Below are positions 7,741-16,689 of a stretch of DNA of 49,652 nucleotides, piece by piece. Below the pieces are notes generated by a model, which saw nothing but the letters and a program-made list of their open reading frames with translations, searched no databases and was not told where the DNA came from. Origin of the DNA: a virus (taxonomy: Duplodnaviria; Caudoviricetes); IMG/VR virus record IMGVR_UViG_3300027791_000037, positions 1 to 49,652 of that record. One strand, written 5' to 3'. How positions within the stretch are numbered: position 1 is the stretch's first letter; the number at the start of each line of letters is the position of its first letter. The translations under genes and the position numbers were made by a program.

Positions 7741-8694
7741 TTACTCAGTGTATGCTTCTGCTTTTTTCTCGTAACCCAGACCATTGTAGTCTTTCATTTG
7801 ACGAGTGAATGAAGGATTTAACCCATTCATTTCTAAAATATCGTCTCTGATATTTTGGTTACGTTTTTCAGAGTTGAGAACTCTACAGAAACTGTTTGTG
7901 ATTGCCGCAGTATAGTATGCGAAAGGATTTGCTGACTTGGCTTCGTTGAATCTTAAACCTACATAAGTTAATTGAAGTATTGCACTCTGTCTCATCTCAT
8001 CATTGTAAGTGTATCCACGCCAGTTAAACTTCATAGCATACTTCTCGCACAACATAATGTACATACGTGCTAATTTATCTGTAATTGCGCCGTCTGTTGC
8101 AGTAAACTTGCCAGTTTTTAATCCGCCCTTCCAATGTGACTTACCAACTAAAGGAGTAGACATTGTTTCAGCATCTAAACGATAGTGCTGAAAAGGGGGA
8201 AAGTTAACTTTTACATGGACCAAGTCTTCAACTTCTTTTTTGGTTTTTTTATCTTCGATATCTTCAAATAAATCTTTGTTTGCACTTAGATCATCTTCAA
8301 AATCAATAATATCAACTGCTTTCTTCTTCTTAACAACTTTTCTAGGTTGTTTTTGTGAGACAGGAATATGATCCCAAGTCATAACTCTAAACATAAGTCC
8401 GTCAGTCTCAATAGTTTCCGGATCAATTTTATTCTTTCCAGTCAACCCTTGCTCTGCTGATAAACGTGCGGCTTTGTTTTCTTTTGCTTGTTGAATCTGT
8501 TCCGGCTTCACTGCCCATGCAAGACTTTTTTCTATACCGCTCTTGCCTTCAGTAGCAAGATCAAGGTCAGTGATTAGATCAAAGAAATGATAGTCTTTTT
8601 TAGTAAAGTAACAGTAAGATGTTTTGCTTTTGTGAATTTCCTTAAGAATGTCTTTATTATTTAGGTAGTTAGTTGTTTTTCGCGGTCCTGGCAT
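7741..8694 (-). CDS. Late-transcription sigma factor (T4 gp55-like)
   Basis: N-terminal NYLNNKDIL; C-terminal NWRGYTYNDEM...FNEAKSANPFAYYT...EKRNQ. Start moved from 8754 to ATG 8694 because AGAGG SD precedes it and the promoter lies at 8743-8771. Confidence 0.88.
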   Translation of the reverse strand: MPGPRKTTNYLNNKDILKEIHKSKTSYCYFTKKDYHFFDLITDLDLATEGKSGIEKSLAWAVKPEQIQQAKENKAARLSAEQGLTGKNKIDPETIETDGLMFRVMTWDHIPVSQKQPRKVVKKKKAVDIIDFEDDLSANKDLFEDIEDKKTKKEVEDLVHVKVNFPPFQHYRLDAETMSTPLVGKSHWKGGLKTGKFTATDGAITDKLARMYIMLCEKYAMKFNWRGYTYNDEMRQSAILQLTYVGLRFNEAKSANPFAYYTAAITNSFCRVLNSEKRNQNIRDDILEMNGLNPSFTRQMKDYNGLGYEKKAEAYTE

Positions 8695-8742
8695 TAAAAT
8701 TCCTCTATTAGTTAGTTCGACAAGTGTGGAGTCGATATATCT

Positions 8743-8771
8743 ATTGTATAGCACTCGTTGTCCGAATGCAA
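8743..8771 (-). promoter_or_regulatory. Sigma70-type promoter for the late sigma gene
   Basis: Minus strand TTGCAT (8771-8766), 17-nt spacer, TACAAT (8748-8743). Confidence 0.7.
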
Positions 8772-8805
8772 GTGTAACGGGTAAAATTTGATGGTTTTTA
8801 GTATA

Positions 8806-8837
8806 GATAAATATATCATGTGAGATTACTATTTATA
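8806..8837. promoter_or_regulatory. Oppositely oriented late promoters: GATAAATA (+) for the baseplate operon and TATAAATA (-) facing gp55
   Basis: GATAAATA at 8806-8813; TATTTATA at 8830-8837. Confidence 0.6.
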
Positions 8838-8877
8838 CAAATAGGTAAGTCTCGGGAAATATCTGGAGATATATTTA

Positions 8878-9666
8878 ATGACAGATCCACTACAAGATGC
8901 AAAAGATAATGCCGGTGAAGAAGATCAGAAGATTGGTCAAGATTGGCGAGTACGACTAGCACTAGCATCAGGCGCAAAATATCTTTACAAAAGTGCAGAT
9001 GCGCCGGGCATATTAGCACCCTTGATAGCTACCAACGGCGTAGTGTTTCCTTACACACCTACAATTAATATTAGTTACATGGCAAACTATGACGGCGTAC
9101 TCCCAACTCACTCTAATTATAAAGTTCAACAATACATGAATAGTTCTGTTGAATCAATTACAGTTACGGCTGATTTTACAGCACAGGATACTTTTGAAGC
9201 AAATTACTTATTAGCATGTATTCACTTTTTTAAATCAATGACTAAAATGTTTTATGGACAAGATGAGAACCCACAAAACGGAACTCCTCCTCCATTAGGT
9301 TATTTTTACGGACTAGGAGCATTTCAATTAGACAATCATCCTGTTGCAATAACTAACTTCGGATATAACCTACCTAACAATGTTGACTATATAAGAGCAA
9401 CTAGTACATCAGATGCTTCAACTTCAAAGTTTGCTGTATCTAATTTAATCGGTGGACAAATAAGTCCTGGCGGAGTTAGACCTCCGGCGACATTCACAGA
9501 CACAGGTGATCAAGCAATCACCTATGTACCAACTAAAATTACTATGACAATTACATGTGTTCCTGTTATTAGTAGAAATCAAATTAGTAATAACTTCAGT
9601 CTCAAAGATTATGCAACTGGCAAATTACTACGTGGGTCTCAACAGAATAATCCGGGAGTTTGGTAA
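8878..9666 (+). CDS. Baseplate / tail-tube initiator protein (gp48-like)
   Basis: GVVFPYTPTI...HSNY...TKMFYG...GTPPP...PVAITNF pattern typical of tube-fold baseplate proteins; GGAG SD; first gene of the baseplate operon. Confidence 0.55.
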   Translation: MTDPLQDAKDNAGEEDQKIGQDWRVRLALASGAKYLYKSADAPGILAPLIATNGVVFPYTPTINISYMANYDGVLPTHSNYKVQQYMNSSVESITVTADFTAQDTFEANYLLACIHFFKSMTKMFYGQDENPQNGTPPPLGYFYGLGAFQLDNHPVAITNFGYNLPNNVDYIRATSTSDASTSKFAVSNLIGGQISPGGVRPPATFTDTGDQAITYVPTKITMTITCVPVISRNQISNNFSLKDYATGKLLRGSQQNNPGVW

Positions 9667-9983
9667 TGGCACAAAATAATATATATCCACAGACTAGTCC
9701 TTATAATAAAACAGGAATAATAAACGGCAAGTTCTTAGATGTAATGGAACCGTATACTGCGATACCTAGAGATGCATCTGATGCATCTTTTACAATCACT
9801 GCACAATACGAATTTAGACCTGATCTGTTAGCACAAGAATTATACAATGACTCTCGTTTATGGTGGGTGTTTGCGTCTCGTAATCCTAATGCATTAGGAT
9901 CAGATCCATACTTTAATTTTAAAACAGGTGTTAATATATTTGTTCCTAGAATGGATACTCTTAAACGTGTGCTAGGTATCTAA
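9666..9983 (+). CDS. Baseplate wedge protein (gp53-like, LysM-type)
   Basis: RPDLLAQELYNDSRLWWVF motif. Start moved to ATG 9666 (TAATG overlap). Confidence 0.75.
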   Translation: MAQNNIYPQTSPYNKTGIINGKFLDVMEPYTAIPRDASDASFTITAQYEFRPDLLAQELYNDSRLWWVFASRNPNALGSDPYFNFKTGVNIFVPRMDTLKRVLGI

Positions 9984-12289
9984 TGACAATCGATGAAAAT
10001 CAAGTAAAAGACGACCAAACCACTGGAGCAGGAAGTAATCTTGGATCTCCTCCTAATGCGGCACAAGAATCTCAGTTAAAAAAGACTCAAGGGACTGAAT
10101 CAAAAAACAGTGCTAATAATGCCGGAGATGGCAACGCACAATCAAATGCAAACACTGCAAATACAGATGCTCCAGGCAGACGTTTAAAAAATCCATTAGG
10201 TGCATTGTCATCTTATACATATCAACTTAGTTTGTATATGATTACCCCAGATGCATATGATGCATTTAATGCGGGCGGTAGAAGAGATATCAACACACTG
10301 TCATCCGCAACAGGGGAAACAGGTGGTGCCGGAGCATATCTTATTGCTCAATCAGGTGGAATCAATAACAATACATCACAAAGAGCACCGGGCTTTGATT
10401 GGGATTTTTATATAGACAATCTTAAATTAGAACAAGCAGTATCCGGAGAAGCAACTCAGTCATCTACAAATGTATACTCAGTAAAGTTTGACATTATAGA
10501 ACCTTATGGTTTTTCATTTAATACAAAGTTAAAACAAGCCAGTGATGATTTACAACAATATTCACAAGACTCTGGTTATTCAGGTGAAGGAAGCATTAAT
10601 AACCCAAGTAGACAATTTTTTGTATTGGGTGTGAAATTTTTAGGCTATGACGGCCAAGGTGAACTAGCAGACGGTAATATAGAATTCGAAGGTGGACCAA
10701 TTGATCCTAATGCATCAGGTAATTCATTGTTTCAAGTGTACTATGATATTAGTATTACAGGAGTCAAATTTACAATTGATGGTGGAGCCACAACATATAA
10801 ACTACAAGGAGTTGCTCTATCTCCTGGCAAAGCATTTGGAACAAAAAGAGGAAGAATCTTCACTACTAAAACAGTAGGAGGAGGAACGTTTGATGAAGCA
10901 ATACAAGGTGAAAATGGTCTGTTTACACAGTTAAACACATTTGAACAGTGGTGCGTTGAAAATGGCGTAAGAGAATTTGCAAATGAGTTTAAGGTAGAAT
11001 ATATAGGTGACGGTGTTGAAGCAATTGAAAAAGCAAATCTTGTTTTACCTACTGATACTGATAAAAGTAAATGGTATGTTGATGACATAAACAGTACATT
11101 AGAAGCAACTGATGCAGAAAGTGCAAAAGCAGTTCCAGATGATGCAAAACGTAAGATATCTTTCCCTGCAGATACGACATACATAGAAATTTTTGATGAA
11201 ATTCTTAAAGGCAGTTCATACATATATGATGCGATGCAAGTTATCTATAAAAGCAAAGCAAAACCTAATTTAGAAACTAAAGAACAAGAAAGTGTTGACC
11301 CAAACAGTGATACAAGAGTTTCATGGTATAAAGTAACCCCTGTTATCTCTGGTGCTAAATGGGATTCAATTCTTGCAGATTGGGCATATGTGACAACGTT
11401 TAGAATAGAAAAATATGAAACTCCTGTAATTACTTCTATTGCTACAAACGCTGGCGTGGATTACTACGGACCTCACAAAAGATATGAATACTGGTGGACT
11501 GGTGAAAACAGAGAAATCTTATCCTATCAACAACAGTTAGATAACTTATTCTATAATGAAGTATTAGGTAATACCAACTTAAATGAAGATGGCGTAGGCA
11601 CTGGTGGTAGTCAACAGACACCTATAGCACCAAATCAAAACCCATCAGGAGCTCCTAGATTAAATAGTTTAGGTGGCGGAAAAGCATCACAGAATCAATA
11701 TGTTACAAGTTTATATTCACCTGATTCATATGCAACAGCAAAGATTAAATTAATGGGTGACCCAGACTTTCTCATACAAGAACATAGAGGTGGACCTGAT
11801 GATGTCTATCAAAGATTTTACGGCAACGACGGTTTTAGAGTAAGTTCTAATGGTGGACAAGTTTTTATTGAAATTGACTTTAAAGAAGCAATAGACTATG
11901 ATGATACAACAGGTACTCTGAACATCAATGATTCAATAGCGTTTTTTAAATACCCTGCATGGATAGCAGACACGATTGTTGGCGTGAGTTATAAATTAAT
12001 AACTATTACCAGCACATTTTCAGAAGGGAAATTTATACAAGATTTATCTTGTGTGATAAACACGTTCCCAGATGAAAATGTAGATAAAGATAGTGATCCT
12101 AGAAAGGAAGATACTAATGCAGAAGGTGAAACACCAATAGTAATAGGTGAAAACGAGAAAAAATCAGAGACAACAGAAGACGCTAAATTCTTTACTGGAG
12201 GTGGATCAGACGGTGAAGGCAGCTTCGGAAAAGTAGGAGACTTCTTTGGTGGACTATTTCAGTCAGACCCAGACGATGACAAAGGATAA
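9983..12289 (+). CDS. Baseplate hub protein (gp27-like)
   Basis: 768 aa between the gp53-like and gp5-like genes; C-terminal IKLMGDP...YKLITITSTFSEGKFIQDL hub-type pattern. Confidence 0.55.
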   Translation: MTIDENQVKDDQTTGAGSNLGSPPNAAQESQLKKTQGTESKNSANNAGDGNAQSNANTANTDAPGRRLKNPLGALSSYTYQLSLYMITPDAYDAFNAGGRRDINTLSSATGETGGAGAYLIAQSGGINNNTSQRAPGFDWDFYIDNLKLEQAVSGEATQSSTNVYSVKFDIIEPYGFSFNTKLKQASDDLQQYSQDSGYSGEGSINNPSRQFFVLGVKFLGYDGQGELADGNIEFEGGPIDPNASGNSLFQVYYDISITGVKFTIDGGATTYKLQGVALSPGKAFGTKRGRIFTTKTVGGGTFDEAIQGENGLFTQLNTFEQWCVENGVREFANEFKVEYIGDGVEAIEKANLVLPTDTDKSKWYVDDINSTLEATDAESAKAVPDDAKRKISFPADTTYIEIFDEILKGSSYIYDAMQVIYKSKAKPNLETKEQESVDPNSDTRVSWYKVTPVISGAKWDSILADWAYVTTFRIEKYETPVITSIATNAGVDYYGPHKRYEYWWTGENREILSYQQQLDNLFYNEVLGNTNLNEDGVGTGGSQQTPIAPNQNPSGAPRLNSLGGGKASQNQYVTSLYSPDSYATAKIKLMGDPDFLIQEHRGGPDDVYQRFYGNDGFRVSSNGGQVFIEIDFKEAIDYDDTTGTLNINDSIAFFKYPAWIADTIVGVSYKLITITSTFSEGKFIQDLSCVINTFPDENVDKDSDPRKEDTNAEGETPIVIGENEKKSETTEDAKFFTGGGSDGEGSFGKVGDFFGGLFQSDPDDDKG

Positions 12290-12291
12290 TA

Positions 12292-15200
12292 ATGAGTAAA
12301 GATGTTTTTAAGCCTAGAGGCAAACTAAAGAAAAATCTGCCTGGTGCTGGAGTAACATCTGTTATTGAAGTACCGGTTATTGCAACGGTAATGAGTACAG
12401 TTGACCCTACACATCAAGGTAGAATCGCAGTTTACCTATCAGAAAACTTAGACAAAAACGCTTACAACCAAGACAATTGGGTTTACGTAAGCAGACTTGC
12501 CACTTTCTTTGGTAACACTGAGGCTATCGGCGGACCTGATGATTTTGGAGAATATACAGCCAATCCAAGTTCATATGGCCAATGGAACGCACCACCGGAT
12601 AAATTAACTCAAGTCATCTGTATCTTTGTTAATGGTGATCCTAATTATGGATTCTATATAGGATCTGCACCTAAAGCAGAAACACTATCAATGATACCTG
12701 CTGTAGGTTCTTCAGACAATGTAACTCTTAATGAAGGTGAAGCATCTTCATATGCAGGAGCCCCTAGACTTCCAACAACAAACATTAATGTTAATAACCC
12801 GGACATTGCAGATAGTACAAGTTATCTTACAGATGCTAAACCCGTACATAGTTATACTGCATCTATTATGCAACAGCAGGGCATCCTCAGAGACAAGTAC
12901 AGAGGTCCTATCAGTACAAGTGCAACAAGAGAAGCATCAAGTAGAGTAGGTTGGGGTGTAAGCACTCCGGGTCGTCCTGTGTATCAAGGCGGATTAACTG
13001 ATGAAGATATTGCAAGTAAATTAGACTTAGCTCCAGAAAATTATAGAGTAGTAACAAGACGTGGCGGACACTCACTTGTTATGGATGACGGAGACATCAT
13101 CGGTAGAGATCAGTTAATCAGATTGCGTACTGCATTAGGACATCAAATACTAATGAGTGATGACGGACAGATGTTATCTATCTTGCATTCAAATGGACAA
13201 ACATATATTGAATTAGGTAAAGAAGGCACAGTTGATATCTTTGCTACTAACTCAGTTAATGTACGTACACAAGGTGATCTTAACTTACATGCAGATGAGA
13301 CACTTAACTTAAGTGGTAAAAATGTAAACATCAACTCATCAGAAAATACTACTCTCAATGCAGACAAAGCATTTAGTCAACGAGTAGGAGAAGACTATAG
13401 TCTATATACACTACAAAATTTAAAGATAAAAGCAGACGCCGCACTAGCATTAGAAGCAACAGGCCAAGTAGGAATTAAATCTGCGGCAGAGATTTTCAAC
13501 GAAGGTTCAAAAATACATTTAAACGACGGAGCCGCAAGTTTAACTCCAGAAGTAGTAGAGCCAATAGATATTATTATGCATCCAGATACATTGTTTGATG
13601 AGACAGTTGGCTGGGCGGCCGCACTTGCTAAAATTCCGAGTATTACTTCACGTGCACCTGCTCACATGCCATGGATGAATGCTAATCAAGGTGCAGATGT
13701 ACAAGTAGATCCTAGTGCAGAAGGTTCGTTACCCGAAGCACCGTCAGGTAGTTTAACTAATTTAAACAGTAACATCGGTGATTTAGGCGTCGCTGGTCCA
13801 CCAGTCAGCCCTACTGCGGCATCTAGCATTTCAGAAGTAGGTGCTATTAGTAGTGCATTAGATAAAAATGCTACAACAACATTACTTGCAGGCGTGGCAT
13901 CTAAAGCCATAGGTGATAGTGTAGGCGGAGCAGTAGCCGGACTAACAAACTCAGTAAGTGGTGTGGCATCTTCAGCATCATCATTGACTTTAGGCAAATT
14001 TGGACAGACACCATCTCAGATGTCTGCAGGCGGAATACTTAAACCAGGTGCAGACACACTAGTGAATACTTTAGTTTCTGCTAACGTAGGAGGCTCCGCA
14101 GTAAATGCTATTAAAGGAGCAGTGCCTAGCAATGTATTACCCAACTCAGCATTTACAGGTAAAGGTGGAGTTAGTTCAGTTGAGCAATATGTAGGTTCAA
14201 CCTCATCACAAGCAAAGGGTGTTGTACAAACATTACAAAAAGGACAAAAAGCATTACAGACTGTAGGCGCGATCACAGGAAAAGAAGCATCAGGTGGATT
14301 AGGCAGTGTAGTATCAGGTGTACTAACTTCTAAAAGTGCAGGTGGAAATCTCGGAGACAATGTTAAAACAGTATCCGGTATAATTAACAAATCTACCTCA
14401 GGAGGAATAGCAGGAGCTATCACTGGCGGAGGACAAGATGTTTTAAATTCAATGAAGTCTGGTGCACAAGCAGTTGTAACATCACAACTATCAGGAGCTG
14501 TAGGTGGAGTTACTAAAGCACTAAACACACTCGGCGGAGCATTTCCTGGAACTGGTATTGGATTAGATTTAAATATAGGGGCGGCGGCATCATCATTCAA
14601 ATCGATCACTGCATCGTTTGGTAAACTAAAAGCTGGTGTACCACAAGACTTAACTGCAATTGCAGGAGAAGCCGCGGCAAAAGTATCAGGTGCAAGTTCA
14701 GGTATGAGTGCATTAGACTTAGCAGACCCAAGTTCTATTACAGGAGACTTGGCAGCCTCAGTTGGAGCCGGAGCATTAGGCGGAGTCGCAAGTCAATTAA
14801 CAACTGCATCAGGTGCAGTAAACAGTGCAACAAGTATTGCATCTGGAGCAGTATCATCAGTAACTGGAGCAGTAGCAGGAATAGCAAACAAAGCACCAAG
14901 CGGCGCATTAGGAGCTATCAACAATGCAGTCTCAGATGTCAGGAGTGTTTCTTCTAGTGTTACATCATTGACTCAAACAAATACATTGCAGAATGCCGCA
15001 ACTAAAGTTCAACGTGGAGCCACTGCAACAATCTCAAGCACTATTGCATCTGGTGTAAGTAACTTACCAGGTGGACAAAAGTTAGGGTCAAGTGTTATTA
15101 ACAATGCTAAAGGATCAGTCAATGCAATAGCAGACGGAATAGGAGGCGTAACTAGTTCTCTATCAAATGTTGCCTCAAAAGCATTCTCAGGAACTGATGT

Positions 15201-16176
15201 TGGTGGAGCAATTAAAGCAGGAAAATCTGCATTAGGTGCAATTGATAAATTAGGTTCAGTCACTGGAGGACTTTCAAGTTCATTGAGTCCTGGTGCGGCT
15301 GCCGCATTAGAATCAGCATTATCTTCATTAACTGCAGGTGGAGGCTCTACTATTAAATTGCCTACTGTAGCAATCAACACGTATGATAGAACATCTCTAA
15401 CATCTCTGATTGATAACGTATTAGGTAATCCAATTATACCTAGACCAAACTTATTGGGTGAAATTTCAGCAGGAGCAGTGTCTTCTGTAATGGCACTACA
15501 GCAACTAAGAAAAGATTTAAGTGGAGACATTAAAAAATTAAATGCAATGCAAAAAGATGTTGCAGAGAAACAAAGAGCAGTCTTTGCGGCACAATCAAAC
15601 TTCCCAGCAGGCTCTGCTGAAATAGCGGCTGCCGAAGCAATGTATCAATCAGCGGCAACTAGCCCAGCATTGTTATCATTGATTAATAAAGTTGAATCTG
15701 CAAAAGAAAATATTGCAGGAAGCATTGTTACTCCTCCTCAACCTTCCCCAGCAACTGACCCATTTAGTGATATTGAAAAAGTATTGCAAAGTGCATCTGA
15801 TAGTACTAAAAATCAAGCAATTAATAGTGAATCAAATGATGTTGCTCCAACTGGAGATGACTTCAGACTTGACCCGTATAATCAAAATGACTTTACTGGC
15901 CAATATACTTCAGATACATATTCAGATATTATAGCAACTACTACAAAAACATTTATTGAGCCTATATATGAGATCGTAGATGAAGGAGCAAACGTCCCAG
16001 AAAATACAGTAGAAGCAATTACTGGAGGTATTACAGACGGTATGGTCGGTGGTGCCGCACAGAGTGGCGAGTTTTACGGTGATGTTAATCCAGGAAATGA
16101 GATGGGACAAGGCGGCTATGGTGGCGGTGGCGGCTATTGGTATTGGGATCAGGTAGGAACTTGGAAACTAAAGTAG
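12292..16176 (+). CDS. Baseplate central spike (gp5/VgrG-like) with long Gly/Ala/Ser-rich extension
   Basis: OB-fold DPTHQGRIAV...PPD...VICIFVNGDPNYGFYIG; GHSLVMDD...IRLRTALGHQILMSD followed by beta-helix repeats; directly upstream of gp25. Confidence 0.8.
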   Translation: MSKDVFKPRGKLKKNLPGAGVTSVIEVPVIATVMSTVDPTHQGRIAVYLSENLDKNAYNQDNWVYVSRLATFFGNTEAIGGPDDFGEYTANPSSYGQWNAPPDKLTQVICIFVNGDPNYGFYIGSAPKAETLSMIPAVGSSDNVTLNEGEASSYAGAPRLPTTNINVNNPDIADSTSYLTDAKPVHSYTASIMQQQGILRDKYRGPISTSATREASSRVGWGVSTPGRPVYQGGLTDEDIASKLDLAPENYRVVTRRGGHSLVMDDGDIIGRDQLIRLRTALGHQILMSDDGQMLSILHSNGQTYIELGKEGTVDIFATNSVNVRTQGDLNLHADETLNLSGKNVNINSSENTTLNADKAFSQRVGEDYSLYTLQNLKIKADAALALEATGQVGIKSAAEIFNEGSKIHLNDGAASLTPEVVEPIDIIMHPDTLFDETVGWAAALAKIPSITSRAPAHMPWMNANQGADVQVDPSAEGSLPEAPSGSLTNLNSNIGDLGVAGPPVSPTAASSISEVGAISSALDKNATTTLLAGVASKAIGDSVGGAVAGLTNSVSGVASSASSLTLGKFGQTPSQMSAGGILKPGADTLVNTLVSANVGGSAVNAIKGAVPSNVLPNSAFTGKGGVSSVEQYVGSTSSQAKGVVQTLQKGQKALQTVGAITGKEASGGLGSVVSGVLTSKSAGGNLGDNVKTVSGIINKSTSGGIAGAITGGGQDVLNSMKSGAQAVVTSQLSGAVGGVTKALNTLGGAFPGTGIGLDLNIGAAASSFKSITASFGKLKAGVPQDLTAIAGEAAAKVSGASSGMSALDLADPSSITGDLAASVGAGALGGVASQLTTASGAVNSATSIASGAVSSVTGAVAGIANKAPSGALGAINNAVSDVRSVSSSVTSLTQTNTLQNAATKVQRGATATISSTIASGVSNLPGGQKLGSSVINNAKGSVNAIADGIGGVTSSLSNVASKAFSGTDVGGAIKAGKSALGAIDKLGSVTGGLSSSLSPGAAAALESALSSLTAGGGSTIKLPTVAINTYDRTSLTSLIDNVLGNPIIPRPNLLGEISAGAVSSVMALQQLRKDLSGDIKKLNAMQKDVAEKQRAVFAAQSNFPAGSAEIAAAEAMYQSAATSPALLSLINKVESAKENIAGSIVTPPQPSPATDPFSDIEKVLQSASDSTKNQAINSESNDVAPTGDDFRLDPYNQNDFTGQYTSDTYSDIIATTTKTFIEPIYEIVDEGANVPENTVEAITGGITDGMVGGAAQSGEFYGDVNPGNEMGQGGYGGGGGYWYWDQVGTWKLK

Positions 16177-16178
16177 GG

Positions 16179-16186
16179 TATAAATA
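16179..16186 (+). promoter_or_regulatory. Late promoter TATAAATA
   Basis: Exact T4 late consensus, 5 nt before the gp25 ATG. Confidence 0.8.
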
Positions 16187-16191
16187 GTATT

Positions 16192-16641
16192 ATGTCAACA
16201 TACGTAGGATTCTCAACAATTAACGCTAATAAGGCTAGAACAGTTAATCCTCCACCTGGAATAGACGGACAAGCAAACGGAATTACTAATCCTATAGTCT
16301 TTGGTAAAAAGTTTAAACTGACAGACGAACAACTCGTTATACAAGATTTAGTCAATGCACTTAATATTCGTAAAGGTGAAAAAGTAGGGCAACCTAGTTA
16401 CGGTACAACTTTATGGGATTTTATCTTTGAGCCTAATACAGCAGACGTTCAAACAGCATTAAAAGACGAACTTAGACGAGTATGTGCTTTAGATCCACGC
16501 ATCCAAGTTAATACAGTACATGCATACCCCAGAGAAAACGGTATTTTAGTAGAAATTCAACTCTCTATCAACCCTTTCAACAATGGAGGCGATCTAGCAT
16601 TGTTCTTTAATTCTCAAACAAACACAGCCGCTATATCTTAA
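16192..16641 (+). CDS. Baseplate wedge / sheath initiator (gp25-like)
   Basis: IRKGEKVGQPSYGTTLWDFIFEP...DPRI motif. Confidence 0.88.
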   Translation: MSTYVGFSTINANKARTVNPPPGIDGQANGITNPIVFGKKFKLTDEQLVIQDLVNALNIRKGEKVGQPSYGTTLWDFIFEPNTADVQTALKDELRRVCALDPRIQVNTVHAYPRENGILVEIQLSINPFNNGGDLALFFNSQTNTAAIS

Positions 16642-16662
16642 AAATCGTCGGTTTTCCATAAA

Positions 16663-16670
16663 GATAAATA
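16663..16670 (+). promoter_or_regulatory. Late promoter GATAAATA
   Basis: Intergenic, upstream of the gp6-like SD and ATG. Confidence 0.65.
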
Positions 16671-16689
16671 TAATAAACAGGGAATTACT

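Noticed and set aside
8695-8754. N-terminal extension of gp55 given in the ORF track (GTG 8754)
   Set aside because: It overlaps the predicted promoter, whereas ATG 8694 has a good SD and precedes the conserved motif.
10692-16355. Numerous antisense or off-frame ORFs inside the hub and gp5-like genes (e.g. 14016-14609, 15009-15530)
   Set aside because: They are expected by-products of low-complexity Gly/Ala/Ser codon usage. The same applies to the nested ORFs inside gp46, the giant gene, the fibre gene and the radical SAM genes.
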